Positions 17,394 through 25,606 of a stretch of DNA of 64,000 nt are shown piece by piece; within the stretch, counting starts at the first letter, position 1, and each line of letters begins with the position of its first letter. Under the pieces are notes generated by a model. It was not told the origin of the DNA. It saw only the letters and a list, made by a program, of their open reading frames with translations, and made no database searches. Origin of the DNA: Dehalococcoidia bacterium UBA7891 (lineage in GTDB: Bacteria > Chloroflexota > Dehalococcoidia > Lucifugimonadales > UBA826); NCBI GenBank assembly GCA_002500485.1, contig DLRJ01000117.1, positions 69,226-133,225 of the forward strand, written 5' to 3'. The position numbers were made by a program, and so were the translations under genes.

Positions 17394-18431
17394 TTACCCG
17401 TGCCTTTCAGCAGACCAATCTTTGATTGCTAAAGGAATCTCCATCAGGTTTTCTATTTTGGTCGCCAATGGCACTGCGCATTCTGGACCAATCATCTGGA
17501 CTCCAGCCTCCAAGCATTTGTAGACCTCTTGTCTTACTTCTTCAGGGCCTCTGGCGTACAAAGTTTCCGGATTATTTATATTTCCGACAAGAGTGATGCC
17601 ACCATCTACAGCGTCCATAGCCTCTTGAGGATCATTTTTAGAATCAAAGTGAAAAGAGGCCATTCCTGTTTGGGCAATATATGGCATCCTATCCACGGTT
17701 TTCCCGCATATATGCAAAATGAGAGGTGCTTCCAACACATCTACCATTTCAGTATGAATATCTTGTAAAAATTCTTTATAGTATTCTCCACTCACTAAAT
17801 CACCTGTGGCGTGATCGGGGAATGTCAGTGCATCAGCTCCTGCATCTATCTGGGCTTGTCCGAAAAGTACGGAAACTTCCTTCAATTTTTGTAAAGCCCT
17901 CTTTGTTTCATCTGGATTGTCCACTGTGCCCAATAAAAAACTCTCTACACCAAAAACGTGATAGGCGAGAGTCCATGGGCCCATTGTTTTTCCAATAACA
18001 GCTACCTCATCTCCAAACTCATTTTTCAGCATTTTAATTGAGTCAGTTATAGCTTTCATATCTCGGTGTTCCAGTATGTTGGCCGGTATTTTCACATCAT
18101 CAGCGGACTTCCAAATGGGGTTATACATTCGGACTGTGGGCCAATTGTCTTTTTCTTCCCATTGCATTTCACATCCTAGGGCCGATGACTCTTGTATTAT
18201 GCTGAAATAGGGTGAAACGGAGTCGAAACCTAATTCCGTATGGCCAGTCGCTGCCAACCTAGCTGCCAACTCTCCGTCCTGGCATGCGTATGGGAAAGGA
18301 GCATCTACCAGATCCATTAATTCCACTGTCGCAACATTGGTTGGATTTACGGCTGGTGTTCTGTCAACAGGTTTACCGGCTAAAGCGTTCATTACCCTTT
18401 CTTTGGACGACATGGTTTCTTGATAAGGCAT
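17394..18431 (-). CDS. uroporphyrinogen-decarboxylase-family methyltransferase (MtaA/MtbA-like, zinc/thiol type)
   Basis: URO-D fold length (345 aa). H240-x-C242 (LILHICGKT) plus C318 (IGPECAVP) matches the H-x-C...C zinc triad of methylcobamide:thiol methyltransferases. Strong AAGGAG RBS. Confidence 0.85.
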   Translation of the reverse strand: MPYQETMSSKERVMNALAGKPVDRTPAVNPTNVATVELMDLVDAPFPYACQDGELAARLAATGHTELGFDSVSPYFSIIQESSALGCEMQWEEKDNWPTVRMYNPIWKSADDVKIPANILEHRDMKAITDSIKMLKNEFGDEVAVIGKTMGPWTLAYHVFGVESFLLGTVDNPDETKRALQKLKEVSVLFGQAQIDAGADALTFPDHATGDLVSGEYYKEFLQDIHTEMVDVLEAPLILHICGKTVDRMPYIAQTGMASFHFDSKNDPQEAMDAVDGGITLVGNINNPETLYARGPEEVRQEVYKCLEAGVQMIGPECAVPLATKIENLMEIPLAIKDWSAERHG

Positions 18432-18449
18432 TTCTCAACCGCTCCTTCT

Positions 18450-19124
18450 TTATGTCTGACTGAAACCTAAGGTACTAGTGGTCATTTGACCTCTCATGGA
18501 TTCTGCTTGCATCATCGTTTCGACACTACTTACGTTCCGCGAATAAGGTAGCAGAATTCTTAATAATTCATCGTGATTATTCCGGCACTCGAAAGCCACT
18601 TCTTGATCTCCCATTTTGTCCATTTCACCATATTTGGAAAATCCTGCCACAATCATCCTCAGGCGCATAGCTGGATTTTTAGCTTCGCCATTAACAGATA
18701 TCTGGTAGCATCTGGTGTTGTCCCTATCAAAACCTTCTGCGTTGATGATTAAATTTGATTTGCTATCCTTTATCGTCATTGCGGACGGGCTTGTGGCATA
18801 TTCCGGATCTTTTCCAACAGCCTGAGCCAATAGAAACCGGACAGGCCTGCTATGAATTAAACCGCACTCAAATTTGGCTTGATTATGCGTCCCAAGGACA
18901 GGAGTCATGCCTCCCAGAGAGACTAATAAGCCTCGAATTTCTTCTATTCGGTTTTCTACACCAGGTTTGGTGCTGAATGACCACACAGTGAAGACAGAAT
19001 TTTTTACGTATAAGCCTACAGATATTTCATTAAATCTTTTGTCCGTGGGAACTAGTTCCAGACAGCGACCATATTTTTCTATAACGTCTTTTGGTCTCGG
19101 GCCATCGTAGGACACAAGTTTCAT
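18450..19124 (-). CDS. hypothetical protein, internally duplicated Cys/His module
   Basis: Start revised to ATG 19124 (AAGGAG 7 nt upstream, 2 nt after the upstream stop). The track's start at 19196 overlaps the preceding gene. 224 aa, no family recognised. The motifs R-C-(L/Y) and F-E-C-x3-H-x4-R-x-L-L each occur twice. Confidence 0.7.
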   Translation of the reverse strand: MKLVSYDGPRPKDVIEKYGRCLELVPTDKRFNEISVGLYVKNSVFTVWSFSTKPGVENRIEEIRGLLVSLGGMTPVLGTHNQAKFECGLIHSRPVRFLLAQAVGKDPEYATSPSAMTIKDSKSNLIINAEGFDRDNTRCYQISVNGEAKNPAMRLRMIVAGFSKYGEMDKMGDQEVAFECRNNHDELLRILLPYSRNVSSVETMMQAESMRGQMTTSTLGFSQT

Positions 19125-19126
19125 GT

Positions 19127-20029
19127 TTATACTCCTTGTTTTTTCCCCAATAGTGTTGAAAATGCGGAGATATGCTCTGGTCCGGTTCCACAGCATCCAC
19201 CAATGATATTGACTCCAATTTTTTTTAACCGCATGAATTTTTCGGCCATGTAGTCGGGTGGTTCAGGATACAGTATTTCTCCATCTTTGAGCGATGGAAT
19301 ACCAGCATTTGAATGAACCAAGAGTGGAGAGTCAGTAGCATCTCTCATCATAGTTGCTATCTCTATCATGTTATCTATTCCGTTTCCGCAATTGGTCCCT
19401 ACAATATCGGCCCCAGATTTGACTAATTCTATTGCGGCCTGTTCAGGTGTTACGCCCATCATTGTAAAGTACCCCCTTGGGCCTTTATCAAAGGTCATAG
19501 TCGATATTACGGTTAAATTGGTATTTTCTTTAGCAGCTCTGATAGCTATGGTGGCTTCATCAAGGGCTGTCATAGTTTCTACAACCACTCCGTCAGCACC
19601 GCCTAATTCTAAGGAAGTTACCTGACTACGAAAGGCCCGGTAAAGCTCTTTTTCAGAGACTATCCCCAAAGGTTCTAGGAATTCACCACTTGGGCCTACA
19701 GACCCACACACGAAGGTTCCTGGCTTCGATTGACTTTTTGCATGCTCAGCTGCGAGCCTATTAAATTCATCTACTTTGTCTCCAAATCCGTAGTGGGTTT
19801 GCCGAAATTTGGTGCCACCGAAAGAATTAGTGAGAACCATGTCAGATCCTGCATCAAAGTAGGATTTTGCCATTCTTTGGACAACTTCTGGGTGACTTAC
19901 ATTGAACTCTTCAGGGCATCCGCCCGGCTCGAGGCCATTTTGTTGTAAAAAAGTCCCGGTAGCTCCATCTGAAACTAACATCTCTCCATTGGATATTCGA
20001 TCAAGTATGCTTTGGGATTTTAAATTCAT
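19127..20029 (-). CDS. homocysteine S-methyltransferase domain protein (MetH N-terminal module-like)
   Basis: DGATGT, VLTNSF, VVETMT, GTNCG and IGGCCGTGPEHI. The last two supply the Cys3 zinc site of Pfam S-methyl_trans proteins. 300 aa, stand-alone. Confidence 0.85.
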   Translation of the reverse strand: MNLKSQSILDRISNGEMLVSDGATGTFLQQNGLEPGGCPEEFNVSHPEVVQRMAKSYFDAGSDMVLTNSFGGTKFRQTHYGFGDKVDEFNRLAAEHAKSQSKPGTFVCGSVGPSGEFLEPLGIVSEKELYRAFRSQVTSLELGGADGVVVETMTALDEATIAIRAAKENTNLTVISTMTFDKGPRGYFTMMGVTPEQAAIELVKSGADIVGTNCGNGIDNMIEIATMMRDATDSPLLVHSNAGIPSLKDGEILYPEPPDYMAEKFMRLKKIGVNIIGGCCGTGPEHISAFSTLLGKKQGV

Positions 20030-20044
20030 CTTGTTTTTGGCCTT

Positions 20045-20386
20045 CTAATTTGATTCTATCCATCCGTCGATGGATCCTGCGCTTGGGTTTCGAGATCCAT
20101 TTTTATGTAAATCCCTCAACTTGGCCACAAAATTCTGCGGCATCCCATTGTTGTAACGGTCTCCGATGGACTTCAACACATGATTCAATTCCCCGGGCAT
20201 TTCAAAATATTCACCCCACTCCCATGCGTCAAGGTATTCATCTGAACCATAACTTCCATCCAGCATAGAAATCGCATCTACAGCTTCTTGGAATCTCGAC
20301 TCCAGTGGAAGGGATTGGGTTTCAGATTCATTGGTTGCTTGCACTTGTACCGGAATTTCCTTCCAATACATTATTCGCACTTTCAA
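20045..20386 (-). CDS. small conserved protein, 'virulence factor' (Pfam Virulence_fact-like) family
   Basis: N-terminus ...IMYWKEIPVQVQA...L..RFQEAVD..SML.GS.GSDEYL..W matches my memory of the I-V-Y-W-R-D-I-P-A-Q-V type family annotated 'virulence factor'. This is a recollection, not a search result. TTG start with AGGA upstream; ATG 20371 is an alternative. Confidence 0.55.
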   Translation of the reverse strand: MKVRIMYWKEIPVQVQATNESETQSLPLESRFQEAVDAISMLDGSYGSDEYLDAWEWGEYFEMPGELNHVLKSIGDRYNNGMPQNFVAKLRDLHKNGSRNPSAGSIDGWIESN

Positions 20387-20527
20387 ATTTCTAATCCTAG
20401 GGGAACGTAATCACAGCTATTATAGTTCCATCAGCAAACATACAGAAGCCGCAGCCTCCATATGCCTATTTCTAACCGATGTGTTATAAATCAATAATTC
20501 TTAATAGTGTTCGTCAAGGAGGGGGTT

Positions 20528-21388
20528 ATGCCACATGCACCGATCAACGGAATAGATATTTATTATGAAGTCCATGGTACAGGTGACGCGATTATATTTT
20601 GTCATGAATTTGCAGGAGATATTCGATCGTGGGACTTACAAGTAAATCATTTTTCCAGAAATTTCCAAGTAATCACTTACTGTGCTAGAGGCTATTCTCC
20701 AACTTCAGTACCTGAAGACCCAAAACTATACACCCAAGATCTGGTTATTGATGACCTTAAAGGATTGATGGGTTTTTTGAAAATTGATAAAGCTCATATA
20801 GTTGGTCTTTCAATGGGAGGAAATGTTGCCCTAAATTTCGGCATTAAATACCCGGAACAAGCCAAAACATTAACAATAGCTGGGACGGGGACTGGTTCAG
20901 ATAATCCTGACCTTTTCCGGGGACGCATTTTAAAATTTTCGGATGGAATGAGGTCAGAAGGTATGGCTTTTATGTCAGATTACCTTAAAGGCCCCCAAAG
21001 GGTTCAGCACCAGTTGAAAGACCCTAAAGGCTATCAACTTTTCTGTGAGAAATTCTTGGAACATTCCAACATAGGCTCTGCAAATACCTTCTACGGTATT
21101 ATGGCCAAAAGGCCGCCTATTTTCGATTTAAAGAATCAACTTTCCAACATGAAAATTCCGGTTTTAGTTATGACTGGGGATGAGGACGATCCCTGTATTA
21201 AACCGTCTCTTTTTATCAAAGAATCTATACCTAGTGCAGGCTTAATAATGTTTCCAAGATCCGGACATGCAATTAACCTAGAAGAGCCACAGTTGTTTAA
21301 TGCTTCTGTAACTGAATTTATCAACCATTCAGGAGCCTCCTACTGGGGACCACGTGGTCAGGGTGAGGCAGAAGGATCTTTAACCTAA
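20528..21388 (+). CDS. alpha/beta hydrolase
   Basis: HG..D oxyanion region, nucleophile elbow GLSMGG and late GDEDD / GH residues. ATG 20528 is preferred (AAGGAGGGGG upstream) over GTG 20507. Confidence 0.8.
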   Translation: MPHAPINGIDIYYEVHGTGDAIIFCHEFAGDIRSWDLQVNHFSRNFQVITYCARGYSPTSVPEDPKLYTQDLVIDDLKGLMGFLKIDKAHIVGLSMGGNVALNFGIKYPEQAKTLTIAGTGTGSDNPDLFRGRILKFSDGMRSEGMAFMSDYLKGPQRVQHQLKDPKGYQLFCEKFLEHSNIGSANTFYGIMAKRPPIFDLKNQLSNMKIPVLVMTGDEDDPCIKPSLFIKESIPSAGLIMFPRSGHAINLEEPQLFNASVTEFINHSGASYWGPRGQGEAEGSLT

Positions 21389-21576
21389 CAGAATTTTGAG
21401 TTGATGGCTAAAATTCCTGCTGGGACTCAACAAAAATAAACATTTGATGTTCACACTTTTTTTGAAATCGTTGCGGTAATAAATAATTTCCTAGATATGA
21501 AAGTTAGCGCCTCCGGTCATATTCTGTCAGCTTGTAACGCACCGGCCAAATTTCTATGGGTAAATAGGCTTTAATG

Positions 21577-22683
21577 TTAGATCTGATACTTGACTATCGA
21601 ATAATGATCGAGTTCCAGTCCAAGACCTGGTTTGTCATGGAATGGAGACCAATAACCATCCTTCTGTTTTGGGAAATCTACGTACCATAACTCGTCCCCT
21701 TCTAGAGACACATTCATGTATTCAACTACTTTCAAATTCGGTGTTGCACATGCTACATGTAGATGGGCTAATTGTAGTGCGTGTGGGGCTACTGGGAGGT
21801 TAAATGAATGTGCCAGATGTGCTACTTTCACCCACTCGGTGACACCACCAACCCGTCCGATATCAGGCTGAACAATATCCACCCCTCCGCGGGCGATAAG
21901 TTCCCTAAAACCATATTTTGTGTATTCGTGCTCCCCGGTAGCTATAGGAATAGTAGTGGCCTTGGATATTTCGGCCATTCCGTCAATATCGTCAGGTATC
22001 AACGGCTCCTCAAGCCAGCCTATCTGGAACTGTTCAAACTCCTTTGCCATGTATATGGCTTGTTTTCGATAATAGCCGTTGTTTGCATCGATGTAGATAC
22101 TGACATCATCTCCTACCGCTTTTCTTACTGCAGCTACTCTTTCAATATCTTCTCTTTCCGATAGACCAAAATCCTTGCCTACTTTCATTTTGACTCTTGG
22201 TATGCCATCGGACACATAACCTGTCATTTCCTCGACAAGCTCTTTTTCTGAGAAATTGGTCCAGCCGCCGCTTCCATAGACTGGGACTGAATCTGTATAC
22301 GCTCCAAGTAATTTATAAAGTGGTAGATTTACGTATTTTCCTTTCAGATCCCATAGCCCTATATCGATGGCAGAAATAGCGCAGAATGCTATCCCTTTTC
22401 GGCCATATCCTCTCACTTTCCAATACATATCGTTCCATAGTTTCTCAATGTCCAGGGGGTCTTTACCTATCAGTTCTTGTTTGAGAGAACTTTCGATGAC
22501 ATCAATAACCCCTGGCGAAGCGTAAGTCATCCCGAGGCCTTCGATATCTGCATCAGTTTTAATATGGACGAAAATTTGGCCTCTTCCTCCAGACCCTTCC
22601 TTTGGTGTGGGTATGGTGGCATCTTGTATTGGCTTCCCTTCAGGACTGTGAAGATGAGTTGTGGTGATGTCAGTTATTTTCAT
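21577..22683 (-). CDS. enolase-superfamily enzyme (mandelate racemase/muconate lactonizing family; sugar-acid dehydratase-like)
   Basis: KMKVG, IDANNGY, WLEEP and ATGEHE metal- and acid/base-bearing strands of the MR/MLE barrel. Confidence 0.85.
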   Translation of the reverse strand: MKITDITTTHLHSPEGKPIQDATIPTPKEGSGGRGQIFVHIKTDADIEGLGMTYASPGVIDVIESSLKQELIGKDPLDIEKLWNDMYWKVRGYGRKGIAFCAISAIDIGLWDLKGKYVNLPLYKLLGAYTDSVPVYGSGGWTNFSEKELVEEMTGYVSDGIPRVKMKVGKDFGLSEREDIERVAAVRKAVGDDVSIYIDANNGYYRKQAIYMAKEFEQFQIGWLEEPLIPDDIDGMAEISKATTIPIATGEHEYTKYGFRELIARGGVDIVQPDIGRVGGVTEWVKVAHLAHSFNLPVAPHALQLAHLHVACATPNLKVVEYMNVSLEGDELWYVDFPKQKDGYWSPFHDKPGLGLELDHYSIVKYQI

Positions 22684-22708
22684 TTTGGCCCTTTTATAAT
22701 TGGAGAAT

Positions 22709-24385
22709 TTACATTTTCTCAGGCTTACTCATTCCCATAAGGTCTAGGCAGCGTGCAAGTGAAAGTTTGGCCGCTTCGCATAGTTTCAATCTGGCTTTAC
22801 TTAACTCCAGGTCGCCTTCATTTCCCGAAATCACCCTACAATTCTGATAAAAATTGTGAAAAGCCGTTGCTAATTCTAGTGAGTAATGTGGCAAGTGATG
22901 CACTTCATAAGTGTCTGCTATCGCATTCATGATAGACGGCAATTCCAATATTTTGTTGATGAGTTGCCTTTCTGATTCATGGCCCAACATGGCAACTAAG
23001 CCCGTGGAATAATCTATCTTTTTTTCGATAGCCAGATCTAGGATGCTGCATATTCTGGCATGCCCATATTGAATATAATAAACGGGGTTTTCAGAAGACT
23101 GTTTTTTAGCTAAATCGAGGTCAAAATCTAATTGAGTTTCGTGGGATCGGGACAAAAACATGAACCTACATGCATCCGGACCAATTTCATTGACTAGTTC
23201 TATCAAAGGTACAACGTTGCCTTCTCGTTTGGATAATTTTTCGGTGGTCTCGCCTTTCTTGAATCTAACCATCTGAACCAAAATCATTTCTAGATTTTCG
23301 GGATTACTGCCAAGCATTTTCATTGCAGATTTTAGTCTGGGTACCTGCCCTTGGTGGTCAGCACCCCAAATATCGATCACTGTGTCGAATTTTCTCTTCA
23401 CAAACTTGTTGTAGTGGTAAGCGATGTCTGTGGAAAAATAAGTTGGCGTTCCGTTGCTTCTTATCAGGACATTATCTTTTTCTTCGCCTAACTTGGTATT
23501 TAAGAGCCATGTAGCCCCATCTTTATCTGATACAAATCCCATTTCTTTCAATAAGGCCATACATTTTTCAAACTGGCCATTCTCAAAAAGACTTTTTTCA
23601 CTGAACCAGTTATCGAAATGGATTTTTAGGGATTCGATATCTTCCTTTATTCCCTCTATCATCAGATCTATACCGACCTTACCTAGCTCCGATATTTCTT
23701 TAGGATTAGAGGTGTCGTATCTATGGTGACTCGAATCTCTTATTTTTTCAGCTACTGCCGTCACATCCTCTCCTGGATATGAATCTTCCGGCATATCAAT
23801 ATCATTCCCCAACGACTGCATATATCTGGTCATTAAGGATCTGTTGAATTTGTCTATTTGAGCTCCTGCATCGTTTAGATAGTATTCTTGTTCGACGTCA
23901 AAACCGGATGACTTCAAAACGCTAGCTAGTGTGCTTCCTATAACCGCTCCTCTAGCGTGAGCTACATGCAATCTTCCTGTTGGATTTGCGCTTATGTATT
24001 CGACTTGAAATCTTTTGCCATTTCCTACATTTGTGACCCCATAGTTTTCCGGTTCAGCCAAGATTTGGTCAACTTGGTTTTGTAGCCACTTTTTGCTTAG
24101 AACAAAATTAAGGAAACCGGGTTTAGCCACTACAACATCGTCCAGGATTTCATCTTCTTTCAGGTATTGAGCAAGTACATTCGCTATCTCCATAGGATTT
24201 TTCTCCAATGGTTTTGCGAGCTTCAACGGGAGGCTTGAGGCATAGTCGCCATGCTCAGGGTTTTGTGGTCTTTCAACAGCGGCATCGGTGATTTTGGCCA
24301 CAGCTATAAGATTGTCCTTCTGTGCTAATTCAAAGGCATTCGTTATCGAATTACGCAACATGTCAGGAACGGTGGTCAATTTCAC
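22709..24385 (-). CDS. argS: arginine--tRNA ligase
   Basis: N-terminal Arg-tRNA add-1 domain, SANPTGRLHVAHARG (HIGH-type) and a DALR anticodon-binding C-terminus ending ...GMSKPEKM. Confidence 0.95.
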   Translation of the reverse strand: MKLTTVPDMLRNSITNAFELAQKDNLIAVAKITDAAVERPQNPEHGDYASSLPLKLAKPLEKNPMEIANVLAQYLKEDEILDDVVVAKPGFLNFVLSKKWLQNQVDQILAEPENYGVTNVGNGKRFQVEYISANPTGRLHVAHARGAVIGSTLASVLKSSGFDVEQEYYLNDAGAQIDKFNRSLMTRYMQSLGNDIDMPEDSYPGEDVTAVAEKIRDSSHHRYDTSNPKEISELGKVGIDLMIEGIKEDIESLKIHFDNWFSEKSLFENGQFEKCMALLKEMGFVSDKDGATWLLNTKLGEEKDNVLIRSNGTPTYFSTDIAYHYNKFVKRKFDTVIDIWGADHQGQVPRLKSAMKMLGSNPENLEMILVQMVRFKKGETTEKLSKREGNVVPLIELVNEIGPDACRFMFLSRSHETQLDFDLDLAKKQSSENPVYYIQYGHARICSILDLAIEKKIDYSTGLVAMLGHESERQLINKILELPSIMNAIADTYEVHHLPHYSLELATAFHNFYQNCRVISGNEGDLELSKARLKLCEAAKLSLARCLDLMGMSKPEKM

Positions 24386-24408
24386 AACTCCAGTAAACTT
24401 TGATCTAT

Positions 24409-25467
24409 TTATCCAATTACATGTATCGTAGGGTCGTTTTCTGAAGGACTGTAAACTTCCCCTACGATTTGATTACTCAGAGTCCCTGCCTCAGATAGTG
24501 ATTTTTGTAGTTCGTCTGCTTTATTCGGATCGACTGATATTAACAGTCCGCCCGAGGTTTGGGCGTCACATAGAAGGATTTTATCGTTTTCTAAGATTTC
24601 TTTTCCCCACAGTACTGTGGGGTTTAGAGATTCTAGATTTCGCATGGTTCCCCCAGGAGCAATTCCTTGGTTCAAAAGATCCTCAGTTCCTTCTATGACC
24701 GGTACTTTTGATTTGTAGATTCGAGCTCCCGTGCCGCTACCTTCCATCATCTCTCTTAAATGTCCTAATAAACCAAATCCTGTAACGTCGGAACAAGCAT
24801 TCACCCCGACTGAAATCATAGCCTCAGAAGCCGTTTTATTGAGTGTTGCCATAATTTCTACGGCATTTTTTAGTACACCGTCATCTACTTTTTCTTGTTT
24901 CCCCGCGGTGGTAATCACGCCGGTGCCTATTGGCTTCGTTAATACCAATAAGTCTCCAGTTTTCGAATTACTATTTGCTGTTTGAGATCCTGGATTAACT
25001 ATTCCTGTTACTGAAAGTCCATATTTGGGTTCGGCATCCACTACGCTATGCCCCCCAGCTATAATGATTCCCGCTTCCAGTGCTTTTGAAGCTCCGCCTT
25101 TTAAGATTTCGGCCAAGATAGACATGTCCAAATCTGAAGGAAACCCGACTATATTTAGGGCCGCTATCGGTTTAGCTCCCATTGCGTAGACGTCACTTAG
25201 TGAGTTAGCAGCAGCTATTTGCCCAAATGTAAATGGATCATCCACAATCGGAGGAAAAAAATCGATTGTTAAAACGACAGCCAAATCATCGCTTAATTTG
25301 TAGACGGCGGCATCATCACTAGTCTTTGTTCCAACCAATAGGTTTGGATGGGTCATATCTGGTAGTTGACTCAGGACCTGAGCCAAGTCGTCTGGACTTA
25401 GTTTAGACGCTCAACCTGCACATGATGCAAGTTCTGTGAGCCTAACTTTTTCATGTTGATGCTGCAT
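24409..25467 (-). CDS. selD: selenide, water dikinase (selenophosphate synthetase), selenocysteine-containing
   Basis: The track ORF (24409..25386) begins at an internal TTG. Reading upstream in frame gives ATG(25467) QHQHEKVRLTELASCAG-TGA(25413-25411)-ASKLSPDDLAQVLSQL... The TGA aligns with the catalytic Cys/Sec of the SelD G-x-G-(C/U)-G-x-K loop. AGGA lies 8 nt before the ATG. The rest is an AIR-synthase-like fold (DDAAVY..., GGHS). Confidence 0.9.
25368..25384 (-). promoter_or_regulatory. candidate bacterial SECIS hairpin for the selD UGA
   Basis: mRNA GGCUCAG-GUC-CUGAGUC forms a 7-bp stem (one G-U pair). The apex contains GGUC, the same apical tetranucleotide I recall from E. coli fdhF SECIS. 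It spans nt +30 to +46 counted from the U of UGA. Confidence 0.4.
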
Positions 25468-25606
25468 ATTTAATATCCTGACTGATGCAAATTACTGAGT
25501 ATTATATCTGTATCCGGGTTGCTTTGAAGCATAAAATGTATATTCACTATCGGATATCATTTAATACCATTATTTTTGAGTAAGTAAAAAGGTTTTCATT
25601 TTGTAG

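Noticed and set aside
21389-21576. A small ORF (MKVSASGHILSACNAPAKFLWVNRL) and a weak TTGAGT/ACTCAA inverted repeat in the 188-nt convergent spacer.
   Set aside because: The ORF has no RBS and is very short. The 6-bp stem has a loop of about 23 nt, too weak to call a terminator or sRNA.
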